Positions 1 to 11,269 of a stretch of 64,000 nucleotides of DNA are shown here, in pieces. Origin of the DNA: Chloropicon primus (taxonomy: Eukaryota); assembly GCA_023205875.1 (NCBI GenBank), contig CP060765.1, positions 372,001 to 436,000 of the forward strand, read 5' to 3'. Each line of letters starts with the position of its first letter. Position 1 is the stretch's first letter. Below the pieces are notes generated by a model that saw only the letters and a list, made by a program, of their open reading frames with translations, was not told where the DNA came from and did no database searches. A program made the translations under genes and the position numbers.

Positions 1-907
1 CAAGAACCAGCCCCCGCCTCACCTGCTGTCCATGTCCGCCACTCCTATTCCGAGGACCCTGGCTTTGACCATGTATGGGGAGATGGCCCTTTCTTACATC
101 GACGAAGTCCCACCAGGCAGGCAGCCGATCACCACCTCGGTGTACAGGCAAGCTGACGAGGAGAGGAGGAGGAGCGCGTACCAAAAGCTCGTGTCCGAGG
201 TTCAGAAAGGGAACAAAGGGTTCATCGTGTTTCCTTTGATCGATTCCAGCGAGAATGAGGACTTTCAATCCATCAAGGCCGCGGAGGCTTCATTTGAGGG
301 TCTCATCAACAACGAGCTTCGTGGCATTCCGTGTGGATTGCTGCACGGGAGACTCCAGCCGCAGGAGAAGCTGAATGCCCAGAACGACTTCCTTGAGGGA
401 AGGACAAAGGTTTTGGTTGCGACCGCTGTGATCGAAGTTGGTGTGGATATCCCAGAAGCCTCGGTGATCATCGTGGAGAACAGTGAGAGGTTTGGCTTGG
501 CCCAGCTGCACCAGTTGAGGGGAAGAGTCGGAAGGAGCTCGAGGAAGAGCCACTGCTTTCTTCTGACTGGCGGGGCCGATGCGTCCTACTCGAGGATCAA
601 GCACATGGAGACGCTTGATAACGGTTTCGCCGTTTCGGAGCTGGACCTTGCCCTGCGTGGCGCGGGGGACTTCATCGGTACCAGGCAAGCTGGGCAATCG
701 GGATTGGGCAGCCTGCTGCTGGCGGACATGTCCCTGGAGCCGGATCGAATTGCTTTGGAAGAGGCGAGGGAAGCTGCATCCGGGGCATTCGGGGATGGCG
801 AGCCAAAGCTCGGCCAGAGCCTGCTGATGTTCCTCCAGAACAACCCCCCGGTCCCCTTCTTGGATGTTGCACCCGATAATATCTATGACACTTTTGAGTC
901 ACAATAG
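1..907 (+). CDS. recG: ATP-dependent DNA helicase RecG, C-terminal part (5' end lies before the window)
   Basis: MSATPIPRTLAL, LLHGRL, VATAVIEVGVDIPEAS, ERFGLAQLHQLRGRVGR, DLALRGAGDFIGTRQAG are RecG motifs. Confidence 0.95.
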   Translation, partial: KNQPPPHLLSMSATPIPRTLALTMYGEMALSYIDEVPPGRQPITTSVYRQADEERRRSAYQKLVSEVQKGNKGFIVFPLIDSSENEDFQSIKAAEASFEGLINNELRGIPCGLLHGRLQPQEKLNAQNDFLEGRTKVLVATAVIEVGVDIPEASVIIVENSERFGLAQLHQLRGRVGRSSRKSHCFLLTGGADASYSRIKHMETLDNGFAVSELDLALRGAGDFIGTRQAGQSGLGSLLLADMSLEPDRIALEEAREAASGAFGDGEPKLGQSLLMFLQNNPPVPFLDVAPDNIYDTFESQ

Positions 908-997
908 GTTTTTAGTCATCACAATAGGGCCAGCCGCACGACGTGTGTGCTCCTTGGCGTGTGGTGTGTATTGTATGTTTAGTGTATAAAAAGTGAA

Positions 998-2647
998 TCA
1001 ATCACTCATGCTCATGTCCCCGTCGTCGTCATCATCATCGACGTCCTCGCTTGCTGCCTCCTTCTCGCTGTGGATCTTCAGCAGCCTGATCTCCTTCAAA
1101 AGGCTCTTCGCGTCCTCCCTGTGGTTACCCCCGTAGTCCAGGAGTCTGGCGCAGTACACTTCACTCTCATTGAGCCTCCCGGTCCCCTTGCAGTGCTGGG
1201 TGAGGAACATCAACGTCTGCACCACGTCAGCGTTGCACACCCCGTCCACATCAAGCCTTTCGATGTTCTTCTTGTTATACAGGTAGGCCGCCTCGTAGTC
1301 CCCTCGCTTCCTGTACAGGTCTGCGATCTTCGCCAAAGCAATGCCCTCCCGGTCTCCCTTGCTCTCGGCATTCTTGTAGCACTGCAGCGCTGCGTCTTGC
1401 ATGTTGAGCTCCTCGCTCTCGTAGCACTGGCCCATGGCACACCAGAACCTAGCGTCACCGGGCCTCAGCTTGGTTGCCTGCCTAAAGTAATAGAGCGCAT
1501 AGTAAGGCATCCTCAGAACCTCGTAGGTCTGCCCCAAGCCGTACCAAGCCCTGTAATCCCGGGGGTTAATGTCCACCGCCCGCCTGTAAGCCTCGATCGC
1601 AGCCTCGGGGTTCTTCATCTCAACGTATTCGTGACCCATCAAGGTCCACGCGCTCAGATAGTTCCGGTTGAGCTTCAGAGCCCTCCTGAAGTACGCCACG
1701 GCCTTCTCATGCTGCGTCCGCAGGGAATAGTAGTTCCCAATGATGCAGCAGGTCTCGGGCTTGTACTTGTCGGTCAAGATCGCGCTGTGGGCAAGGTGGG
1801 ACAGCCCGGCGTAAGCCTCCTTCACGTACAGGATGTTGCTGTAGGTGTCCATGGACTCTATCCGGTGGGGCGACTTCCTGTGGAGGAGCTCAAAGAGGTT
1901 CTGGGCTTCATCAAACTGGCGCAAGTTGTAGTGGGCCGTGGCGGCTTGGGCGAGAATGTACTCCGAGTTCGGAAACACGGACTGGAGCTCCGTGTACTGG
2001 TCCAGGCCCCTCTCGTTCTCGTCGCCGTTCTCCAAGCAGTTGGCTGCCACGAAGAATTGGGTCATCCAATGGTCTGGCAGCAGGCCCACCGTGGGTGGCT
2101 GAGGGACCTCCTGCAGGGCCTGCCACGCCGCCCAGTTGCAAGGGTACCTCGTCACGGACTCCACGAGGGTCGCCTTCCCCTCCTCCTTCTTCTCCCTGTC
2201 CAGCAGCACGAGGCCGAGAAGGTACAACAAGTGCGGATCCTTGGCCCCCTGGATCTCCCTCTCGATTCCCTCCAGCTCCTCGTTCACGCAAGCCTCGCCA
2301 TCCTCCAGCATCTGCTCCTCCTTCCTCCTCTCCCCCGCCAGGTACCTCGAATACAACCGAAGAAACGTGCTCTTCGCCCCCTTCTCCCCCTCCAACGTGC
2401 TCGCAGCTCGCTTGTACTCCCTCAGGTCGAAGTAAGTTCTCGCCAGCAGGTACGCGTCCGTGTTCCCTTCTCTCTTCGTTCCCTCCTCCTCCGACGCGCC
2501 GTCCGCGGCCTTCAACCCAACCAGCTGTTCTGCCGCCCACTTGGCTGCCGTGCACACCCCTCGCTCCTGCAAGTCCACCACCGCTTCACGCAGCTCCCTC
2601 CTCACCTTGGTCCTGTCCACCGCCATCTTCCACTTCTGTCCCACCAT
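998..2647 (-). CDS. CDC23: Anaphase-promoting complex subunit 8 (CDC23), TPR protein
   Basis: N-terminal AAKWAAEQL; TPRs ETCCIIGNYYSLR, AWTLMGHEYVEMKN, DYRAWYGLGQTYE; single exon, 549 aa. Confidence 0.96.
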   Translation of the reverse strand: MVGQKWKMAVDRTKVRRELREAVVDLQERGVCTAAKWAAEQLVGLKAADGASEEEGTKREGNTDAYLLARTYFDLREYKRAASTLEGEKGAKSTFLRLYSRYLAGERRKEEQMLEDGEACVNEELEGIEREIQGAKDPHLLYLLGLVLLDREKKEEGKATLVESVTRYPCNWAAWQALQEVPQPPTVGLLPDHWMTQFFVAANCLENGDENERGLDQYTELQSVFPNSEYILAQAATAHYNLRQFDEAQNLFELLHRKSPHRIESMDTYSNILYVKEAYAGLSHLAHSAILTDKYKPETCCIIGNYYSLRTQHEKAVAYFRRALKLNRNYLSAWTLMGHEYVEMKNPEAAIEAYRRAVDINPRDYRAWYGLGQTYEVLRMPYYALYYFRQATKLRPGDARFWCAMGQCYESEELNMQDAALQCYKNAESKGDREGIALAKIADLYRKRGDYEAAYLYNKKNIERLDVDGVCNADVVQTLMFLTQHCKGTGRLNESEVYCARLLDYGGNHREDAKSLLKEIRLLKIHSEKEAASEDVDDDDDDGDMSMSD

Positions 2648-3049
2648 CTTCGCACCTCGGGGTCAAATTCCTCAAGTCACCACTCGAAAGAAAGATCGAG
2701 AGATCCTCCTTCCGATCACGTCAACCTCCTTCCCGCTCCGCCAAACCCCCTTGCCCTCCGCGGCCTCGAACAACCTCACCTCCACGCTCTCCCTCTTCTG
2801 TCACTCCCCTCCACAAAATACGCGCGCGCGCTTTCCTCTTTCGAACGAGGCCTCAGTGATGAGGTTGGCGAGGATGGACGGGACTTGGAGCGCGAAGACG
2901 GGCACGAAAACCGAGCGGGAAGGGGAAGGGATTCGGGTCAAGGGGAAGGGAGTCTCGAGATCTTTCGAAAGAGCCCTCGGTTGAAGCATTTGGTGGCCGT
3001 GGTCGCATCCTTTTGACGGAAGATGGAGCTGGAGGAGAGGTAGGGACGA

Positions 3050-4021
3050 GTGAAGGCGTCGTGTTCTGTCGCTTCGAACGAGGTTCGTGCCTCAGTGGAG
3101 AGGAACGAAGGGTTGCCGCGAGGACGGGAGAGATTGAAAGGCTTTTTGAAGCTTTTCTATACTTGCTTTGCTCTCTTGGTGATGTACAGCTTGAGGAGCG
3201 GGCTGGGCAGCGGGCTGACCAAGCAGTTCGGTGCTCTGGTGGAGGGGGTGGACTTGAGCCGGAACCTGAGCGATGCCACGGTGAATGCGTTGAAGAGAGA
3301 CTTGTACGAGCACAGGCTGCTGATATTCCGGGGGCAAGGGGAGATCAAAGGCTCGCGTCAGGTCGAGATCAGCGAGTGGTTTGGAGAGGTGGAGTCAACC
3401 TTCAGTAAGCATCCGAGATCTCCTCACCCTGATATCTTTCGTGTGTCGAACGATGCAGCACAGGGGTGCACTTCGGTGGGTCGAAGCGGCTGGCATATTG
3501 ACGGGACGTTTATGGAGAGACCGTTCAAGGTGCAGACCATGCATTTCTGGGCGTGCCCGAAGGAGGGCGGTTCCACGCTCTTCGCCCCCCTCCGGGAGAT
3601 AGCCGAGAGCTTGAGGAAGGACGCGAGTTTCGAGTGGGATCGACTTCATTTTGTGACGAACAGGAGGACGGACTATGCCCTTGTGCACCCTTTGATCTGT
3701 GTCCACCCCGTCACGGGAGACGCGACAATGGTGTTCCACTTGGGCAGGCACTTCATGGATGCCATCGTAGAAGCGGGGGGCACGGAGAACAGGGTTCTGA
3801 GTGAGGAGGAAGTGCAACGGGTCTGCACAATTTTGAAAGACAAGTGCGAGGAGACCGAGTGGTGCCTCGACTTCAGGTGGCAGCCCGGGGACTTTGCGAT
3901 CGTCGACAACAGGGCACTCGCGCATTATGCGCATTCGAGCACCCAGGCTGATCCCCGGCGAGCCGGCCTCAGGATCCTGCATCGCACGACCGTTGCCGGA
4001 GACTGCAGACCCGTGAAATGA
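3050..4021 (+). CDS. TauD/TfdA-family Fe(II)/2-oxoglutarate dioxygenase
   Basis: HxD motif (WHIDG), LLIFRGQ, VHPLICVHPVTG, WQPGDFAIVDNRALAH, RILHRTTVAGD; start codon uncertain. Confidence 0.88.
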   Translation: MKASCSVASNEVRASVERNEGLPRGRERLKGFLKLFYTCFALLVMYSLRSGLGSGLTKQFGALVEGVDLSRNLSDATVNALKRDLYEHRLLIFRGQGEIKGSRQVEISEWFGEVESTFSKHPRSPHPDIFRVSNDAAQGCTSVGRSGWHIDGTFMERPFKVQTMHFWACPKEGGSTLFAPLREIAESLRKDASFEWDRLHFVTNRRTDYALVHPLICVHPVTGDATMVFHLGRHFMDAIVEAGGTENRVLSEEEVQRVCTILKDKCEETEWCLDFRWQPGDFAIVDNRALAHYAHSSTQADPRRAGLRILHRTTVAGDCRPVK

Positions 4022-4084
4022 AAGGGCGTGATAAAGCACGTATATAAAATAGAGAATTCCCACCCCCGTGACGACAACACGAAC

Positions 4085-6081
4085 TCACGAATCGCTCATG
4101 ACATCGTACCGGCTGAAGAGTGCCCGGAACTTGGCGACGTTCTCCTCCTCTTCCTCTTTGCTGCCCACTTTGCAGGCCTTCCAGTCCCCCCTCTCCGGGC
4201 TGCCGATCGCACCGGCCAACTCATCCCTCAGAAAGTTGTAAGGTATCCTCTCCCCTCTCATGATCGGGTGGACCAGGGAGGTTCCGTCGGGGAGGACGAG
4301 CAGCATGTACTCCATGTCTCCCACCAGCTCTTGCAGGGCGGCCTTGAAGCCCGACTCGCCGAAGGGGACCCCAACCTTCTTGTCCAGGACCCCACCGACG
4401 CCCGCCTTGAGCCTCTCGGTGGATTCCTTTGGAACTCCCACGACGTTGTAGTGGCAGTGGTTCCCCCCCTCCCTCCCTTTGAGCTTGAGAAACCTCTCGA
4501 ACATCACGAGCTCCAGGCCCTGGGAAGCAAAGCAGGACGAGAGAGCCTTGATGTACTTGGAGATCTCCGCAAGCCCAGAATCCTGCAGGGCTATCGTGCA
4601 AGAAATGTGGTCGATGGGAACGACCAGAACGTGGTAAGGGGTGATGGGGCCCTTGTCCAGAGCGCAGTAGCAGTCGTTCCCCACGCTGACTACCAGGTGG
4701 ACATCGGCGTTCTGGTTCGAGAGGCAGAACCAGCAGTCCGCGATCGGATGCGAATCCTTCTGAGCCTTCTCGTTCCTGCTCTCCGCTGGAGAGATGTAGA
4801 TCGGGCGGCCCATGAGCTGGTTCTCATTCAAGCTGCAGCTCGACTGCATCTGCTCCACGGTGTCGAACTGAACCTGCGCGTACCCTTTCAAGTTCCCCCT
4901 CGCGTCCTTTCCCCTGCGAATGTCGACTACCGTCCCCCCACAGGGAGCGAAGAATTTGATGATGTCCTCCTCTGTCGCCCGGTAGGGAAGGTTTCTCACA
5001 AAAGCGGTCTTGTTGCTGTTGACCACGACACTTCCCTTGTCGAACTGCGATGGCTGGGGCCCCCTCCCCCTCTTGCCGTTCTGCTGGTCCCCCCAGCGCC
5101 AAGCTTGCCCGTCCTCCTCCGAGCCGCGACCCCTCTTCATGCCGGGATGCGAGTCCCTGTCCTGGTCGTTCTGGTAGGGAAAGGGCGTGGTGTTCGCCGG
5201 GTTTGCAAGAAAGGCCTCCCTCGGCATCGAGCTCGATGGCTTCAGACCCAAGGCGTGAAGGTACTTGTCGCCTCCCGGGTTTGCGACACTCCCCAGGGAG
5301 ATGAAGCGAGTCACGTGCGAGCCCGCACCCAAGTCTGGGTTGGCGTACGGAAGCCTCGCGAAGAACTGCAAAACGCGCAGGAAAGAGACGCACGAAAAAA
5401 AAAAAAGAGTTGCTGGCTGTTAGAGAGCTAGACACACACACAGAGAGAGAGAGACAGAGAGAGAGAGAGAGATCAAAGAACTTTCGCGGCGGGCGTGCTC
5501 ACCTTCCCCTCACAAGCTGCTATGTGGTACCTCGGTCGAAAGGTGCAAGCCAGCTTCCTGCAGACGGGCGAGCCCCTAATGCGAGACAGGCTCGGATCGT
5601 CATTGTGTGGCACGATCCCTCCAGGCCACTTGCACGTCAGCAACAGGTCAACCTCTCCCTCTAACGATTGAGAGCGATCCAAAAGACCTTTCTGATCCGC
5701 TGATCTGCACAAGTCGTCGTAGTAGGCCACAGTGAGGTCCTTCAGCTTGGTGACTCCGTGAGAACCCAAGCAAGTGATTCCACATTCCGGGTACTGAGAC
5801 AGTAGTTCGAGAGCCTCGTCCGGGCTCCTCGAGGAGCATCCCACGAAGTACGTCGGCACAGCAGCCTTCCCTCCACCTTTGAGCCACTTTTCCAATTCTG
5901 TTCCAGCCTCGCTACTTAATGCTTCGTTCTCTTCCGTCCCTTTGTCCACCTTTCCACCGAAGAAGTCGCCTACGCAGAGAAGTAAATCGAAGGCTCCGCT
6001 CTTCGCCACAACCTTTTTCACCCTCCCGTTCAACTCCCCGTACCTTCCCTTCACGTCGCCAGCCAGCAGCACGCGCACCAT
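4085..6081 (-). CDS. CWF19L1: CWF19-like protein 1 (metallophosphoesterase-like N-domain, RRM, CwfJ C-terminal domains); exons 6081-5503 and 5365-4085
   Basis: MVRVLLAGDVKG and FDLLLCVGDFF; FRPRYHIA spliced (GTGAG..CAG) to FFARLPYAN; RRM (AFVRNLPY, KGYAQVQF); CWFCLSN, KGPITPYHVLVVPIDH. Confidence 0.9.
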
Positions 6082-6495
6082 CGCTCCCCCCTTTGGCGCC
6101 CTCGATCGCGATCGATTGTCGTCGAGGTGATCGATTGTCGTCGAGGTGATCGATCGATCGAGGACGCGGGAGGCGAGGGTTTGAGGGGGAGGGAGTTTGG
6201 AAAGTGTGACGGAGGTTTGCACGAGTGAAAGGTCTTGTTTCTTGTCTTTCCATCGAGTGGTCCATCGAAAGAAACGACGACGTGTGGAGGAAACGACGAG
6301 CGAGGCGAGTGTCGAATCGAACGAAACGACGAGTATTTCGGACGGAGACTGCGAGGAGCGGTTGTGGAGGGAGGGGACGTGAGGAGGGAAGGAGGTGAAG
6401 GAAGCTGGTTTTCTCTTTCGTTTGAGCCCTCGTTGGAAAGAAATGGCGTGGTGGTGAGGATTGGACGAGCGAAAGAGTCCGTTCGTTCGTTCGTC

Positions 6496-7650
6496 ATGGT
6501 CATGGAGACGAGAGGGCACAAAAGGCAGAGGAGGGAGGGGAAGGACGCGGTAGACGTTCTTCCCAAGAACGCGTGGCTGATTGTGGCGGAGAAGCTGGAC
6601 CACTACGACCGGTGCGCTTTTGGGTTGACGTGCTGGACTCTATTCGACGCGGTGACGACGGCAGACGCTGAGAGGGAAAAGTCGGAGCCTCTGCTGTGTG
6701 GGGAGGGGTTGAACCCAACTTACCTGAAGGAGGGAGACAGGCCCCCCCTGAGATTGGATCTGAGGCGAGCCAAACTGCTCCAGCAAAGTCCTCGCTTCAC
6801 TTTTGGCTGGTACAAGTGGGTGTACCATTCGCTCAAGAGGAGGAAGGGAGCCCCGACGCAAAGGAGGCGCGGGCAGTACCTCGACGACTTGTACGACTCG
6901 GACCTGATGCACCTGGCTTCTTTTCAGGGCAAGACGAACGTCTTGCGGTGGCTCAAGAGCCAAGGGATGCCTTTGGATCACCGATACTGCATGGCCGGGG
7001 GTGGTGGGGGCGGCCACATCGAGGTCTTGGAACTCTTGAAGAGGGAGGGGTGCAAGTTCCACGAGGAGGCGAGCGTCGCTGCAGCTCGGGCAGGTCACAC
7101 GCATGTACTGGAGTGGCTAAGGGAGAACGGGTGCGAGCTTGGGGAAAGGACTTGCTCTTACGCGGGCCTTGGAGGTCACATAGAGGTGCTCGAGTACTTG
7201 AAGGCCAAGGGGTGTGCGTTAAGAGGGGCTACTTGTAGGAGCGCGGCGAGAGGAGGCCACCTGGATGCTCTGAAGTGGCTTCAAGGGCAGGGATTGACCT
7301 TTTCCGCGAGGGTTGTGTCCTCAGCGGCCTCCGGAGGTCATCTTGACGTAGTCAAGTGGCTGGTTGCAGGCGGTTGCCAGTGGAGGTGGAATGGTCGATT
7401 CATTATCGCCAAAGCAGCAGAGGGTGGGCACCTGCACGTCATCAAATGGCTGAGGAGTCAGGGCTGTGACTGGGACGAGAGAGTCTGCCTGTATGCCACC
7501 CGCGGGGTCAGGCTGAACACCTTGCAGTGGCTTCTAGGCCAAGACCCGCCGGCCCCCTGGAACAAGGAAGACTGCCAACAGGTCATCTCCCGAATCCTTT
7601 CTTGCGGTGTGGATGCTCTGTGCTGGATGAGCTCTCAGCAGGATGACTAG
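6496..7650 (+). CDS. Ankyrin-repeat protein (expanded GGHLxxLxWL family) with F-box-like N-terminus
   Basis: Repeated AAxGGH[IL]xVLxWL..GC.W units; N-terminal LPKNAWLIVAEKL. Confidence 0.85.
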   Translation: MVMETRGHKRQRREGKDAVDVLPKNAWLIVAEKLDHYDRCAFGLTCWTLFDAVTTADAEREKSEPLLCGEGLNPTYLKEGDRPPLRLDLRRAKLLQQSPRFTFGWYKWVYHSLKRRKGAPTQRRRGQYLDDLYDSDLMHLASFQGKTNVLRWLKSQGMPLDHRYCMAGGGGGGHIEVLELLKREGCKFHEEASVAAARAGHTHVLEWLRENGCELGERTCSYAGLGGHIEVLEYLKAKGCALRGATCRSAARGGHLDALKWLQGQGLTFSARVVSSAASGGHLDVVKWLVAGGCQWRWNGRFIIAKAAEGGHLHVIKWLRSQGCDWDERVCLYATRGVRLNTLQWLLGQDPPAPWNKEDCQQVISRILSCGVDALCWMSSQQDD

Positions 7651-7884
7651 GATCGCAAAAAAATATCTTTTCACGTTGCAAACACAACATTGTCACATTG
7701 TCACACATGTTTGCAGTAAGGACAATTAAGTTTTTTTGGTTTTTGGGTGGTTGGGATATTGACCCATGTGATTACAAATGGTGAAATGGTGAAACAAATG
7801 GTTGTCCTTGTTCGCCAAATCACAATAGATAAGGAGATAAGATAAGGAGTCACGGGAGTCGCGTGGGCGCCGTGCGACCACAGG

Positions 7885-9120
7885 ATGAATAAGGATCAGG
7901 AGGAGGTTGTCGATATGGACGAGGGGCGATTGCCAATGGGAGGACTGCCGGGAGAGGCGTGGTTCCTCGTCGCCAAAGCGCTGCACCCTTTTGACCGATT
8001 TGCCTTTACATCGGCTTGCAAGGCGTTTCTGGAGTTGGTGAAGTTCAAATTGGAGGTGGAGGTCGATATCAACAGGATCGGCCCGGTGAGGACTCTGAGC
8101 ACGGTCCTAACGGAGAGCAAGATGTCCAAGTCCACGCCTTGCTTCACCCTGGATTGGTTCAAGTGGGTGTTCGAGTCCTTCGAGAGGAGGGGCCCGGATC
8201 GCCCCAAGCCGGGGACGAAGGACTATGCCGACGAGCTCCGCCACCCGGACAAGGCTTACTTTTACGACAGTGACCTGGTTTACGTCGCAGCCTTTGTGGG
8301 CGACACGCAGGTATTGGAGTGGTTGGTCAGCAAAGGAATGAAAATCGATTCGAAGGATTGGAGGTGCGGGACTGCAGCTGCTCAGTCGGGTCACCTTGAG
8401 GCCCTCAAATGGATGGTGAGCCAGGGATTCAAGTTCGACTTCATGACGCTGTGCCATGCGGCTTGCGGGGGGCACATTCACGTCATGGAATGGCTTCGGG
8501 ATCAGGGGTGTCCCTGGAACTCGAGGGTCACGAATTTCGCGTCTTGCGGAGGTCAGTTGGATGCCCTCAAGTGGCTTGTAACCCAGGACCCACCGTGCCC
8601 GGTGAACGGGGGTTCGGTGTACCTCGCTATGCTGAAAGGCCACCTGCACATCCTGAAGTTCCTTTACACCATCATCCCTGATGCCATCATGGGCGCGGGG
8701 AGCTCCCTCCATGCATTGGAGAGGAGGAGCGTCCGCATCCTGAGGTGGCTGCACAGCAAGGGAATAAAAATAGACAACAGAGTCCTCTGCTCTGCCACTC
8801 GGAGAGGTGACTTGGCTACACTCAAGTGGCTGATCGACAAGGAGAGGGTATCCACGCAAACCTCTCGCAGGGACCTCGAGCCCGTCATGTTTGCCCAAGC
8901 TGCTGCAGGAGGGTTCATGCACATCATCACGTACCTAAAGTCCAAGGGATTCAAGTGGAACGAGAGAGTCTGTCTCATCGCGGCCAACAACGGGCAGTTA
9001 CGAATTTTGCAGTGGCTGAGGAAGCAAGACCCGCCTTGCCCTTGGAAGAAGAACGAGTGCGTCCTTACGGCCAGAAATCACGAGCACGTGAGAGACTGGA
9101 TCAGTCAGCAGCCAAACTAG
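7885..9120 (+). CDS. Ankyrin-repeat protein, tandem paralogue of 6496-7650
   Basis: Same architecture: LPGEAWFLVAKAL, FTLDWFKWV, YDSDL, repeated GGHxxxxxWL, QDPPCPW tail. Confidence 0.88.
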   Translation: MNKDQEEVVDMDEGRLPMGGLPGEAWFLVAKALHPFDRFAFTSACKAFLELVKFKLEVEVDINRIGPVRTLSTVLTESKMSKSTPCFTLDWFKWVFESFERRGPDRPKPGTKDYADELRHPDKAYFYDSDLVYVAAFVGDTQVLEWLVSKGMKIDSKDWRCGTAAAQSGHLEALKWMVSQGFKFDFMTLCHAACGGHIHVMEWLRDQGCPWNSRVTNFASCGGQLDALKWLVTQDPPCPVNGGSVYLAMLKGHLHILKFLYTIIPDAIMGAGSSLHALERRSVRILRWLHSKGIKIDNRVLCSATRRGDLATLKWLIDKERVSTQTSRRDLEPVMFAQAAAGGFMHIITYLKSKGFKWNERVCLIAANNGQLRILQWLRKQDPPCPWKKNECVLTARNHEHVRDWISQQPN

Positions 9121-9181
9121 ATCTGCCGCAGAGGTGAGTGCATGGCAGCAAAGAAATTGGATTGGTCTTAGCGAGCGAGCG

Positions 9182-9183
<2 letters not shown>

Positions 9184-9216
<33 letters not shown>
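9184..9216. repeat. (GT)n microsatellite
   Basis: Uninterrupted GT run in the 3' flank of the ankyrin gene; similar GT/CA runs near 15752, 16263 and 18437. Confidence 0.95.
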
Positions 9217-9217
<1 letters not shown>

Positions 9218-9644
9218 CGATGTAAAAAAGCAAGCCAAGTCGAGGCCACGATCGTTTCGTTGGATCATACCTTTGGAAGCAAGCATCTCGTTCGGTCCTC
9301 TAGAAGGCTTCTGCGAAATCCACATTCGTCTATCCACTCCGAGGCCCTGTTTATTTGTCGTCATCACTTGATGATTTGGAAGTATATAGGTTGTCTGGAC
9401 AAGGAGACGGACAAACAAACCCAACCTCGGCCTCTTTGCTGGCGTTCGTTTTCATGGCTTGTGTTCGACGCTAACCTTCCTCATCTCGTTCGGTCTTTCT
9501 TTCAACGATATGTCAAGTTTTTCATATAAGTTTTTCCGATTATAAGTTTTTCCGATACGTCAAGTTTTTAGTATATTGTTACATATTATGTCTTCCTTTC
9601 TTCCTCATCTCATCTCTCAGAAGCTCAGGTGCACGAGACACGGC

Positions 9645-10425
9645 TTAGGACTTGCCTCCCATTTTCTCAAGCGCCTTCTCCACGTCCTTGTTGTCGTTGT
9701 CCACCAGCATACCTGCCTTCCAACAGCCCAGGCTGGATCCCAGCTTCTTGTTCTTCTTGAACGCTTCCTCGATCTGATTCCTGGTCGGCTTCCAGCTGGC
9801 GTACCTCTTCAAGTTCTGGCATCCTATCAGCCTGCACGACTTGACCCTGAGCGTGTTCTCGTCCCACTTGGGAAGAAGCTTTGATTTGATGTCTCGCCAT
9901 CCTCCAACTCCGTACAAAGCAAGGCCCTGGAAGCAGAAGGGGGAAAGAAAAGAGGGAACCAATACGTAAGTCGGTGCGGTGCGATCGACACAAGTCCATA
10001 AACGTGACAACGCGATTACCTCAATCAACTTCCTCTTCTCGTCCTCCCCCCAACGACGAGGCTGGTGTATCACAACCTTCTTGGGCCTGAAGTAAACCTG
10101 AGCAACAGTGCGTGTGCGTGCGTGCGTGCGTGCGTGTGTGTGTGTAAAGCGGTGGCGTCAGCACAAGAATGAGACAGAGAGAGAGGGAGGGAGGGAGAGG
10201 GAGAGTCCCTCTCGGTCGAGCCCTCCTTACCTGCTTGATAGTCCCGTCCTCGTGAAGCATATCTGGCGGAGAGAGCAACTTCCTCAGAGCGCAAGCCCAC
10301 TCTTTCCTTTGCTTCTTGTGATCCGGCAGGGCGACGACTCCTTCGAGGACATCGCCGTCGGCCTTCCTCTTCCACTCCTCCGGGACCTCCGCCTTGGTCT
10401 CGACCGCGATCGACTTGCGCGCCAT
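9645..10425 (-). CDS. Myb/homeodomain-like protein, probable MTA1c p2 (AMTP2) homologue; exons 10425-10231, 10097-10020, 9926-9645 (184 aa)
   Basis: Three phase-0 exons with GT..AG introns give ...LRKLLSPPDMLHEDGTIKQVYFRPKK..RWGEDEKRKLIEGLALYGVGGWRDIK..LRVKSCRLIGCQNL..; matches my recollection of ciliate p2. Confidence 0.78.
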
Positions 10426-11269
10426 CGCGACTGCTGCTGCTATGTTCTCCCTCCTTCGAACGTCAAACGAGTCAAACGACCGGTCAATCGAAAGACCTCC
10501 AGACGCACCCTCGTCCTGCGCCAACCTCGCCCGCTCTCGCGCCGCTCCCTCGCCTCGGATCCCAAGGCAAACACCAAAAGCCTAGGGGCAAGGTCACCCC
10601 AAAACTCAGTCAGTCCGGTCCAATCGTTCCAAAATCCTCCACAAGGCGTCAAATTCAACAACCAAGGGGTCCTCGGAAAGAGAAAGACGCGAAGCTTCCC
10701 TTGAGCCCACTTTCCTTGGCCACAAACCCCGCGATCTCCCTCTCCTCACCTTTCCTTCTTCCAGCTCCCTCGGACCGCTGCCAAGCGCCGAAGAAAACAA
10801 AAAACCCGCGAAAACCATTCTTACAATTTGCCAGTAGTAGTAGGAAATGTGCGATTGAGGGAGCCTCCCGTTGGAGGAAAACCGATTTGAAAAATCACGA
10901 GATCAGAGCGAAGTGCGCAGCGAAGCGAAGGACCTCGGCGAGGACGAGGACAATTAGGGGGCAGGAGGGAGAGAGAGGGGTGCAAGCGACGGGTTATTAC
11001 GATAGTAAACCTCGAGATCTTTCGATTGACCCGCGCATTCGCCATTTTGGGACACGAGAGCGTCGTGCGAGAGAGGGAGAGTGGATTGGTGTGCTTGGGT
11101 TGGTCTCTGGCAAGGGGATTATTTTTTGCGTGGAGGAGGAGGAGAGGGGACGTGGGGAAGGGATTGGCGAGGGGAGAGGTCGAGGAGACGAGACTGTACG
11201 TGTCGCGAGCTTTCCATTGATACCCAACTACCTTACTTGGATAGGAAAGAGAGAGTTTGAGGAAGGGGT

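Noticed and set aside
1070..3016. Long antisense ORFs (also 18576-20153, 38758-40503, 43225-45255, 50703-52784)
   Set aside because: Shadow frames of real GC3-rich genes on the opposite strand, with no recognisable motifs.
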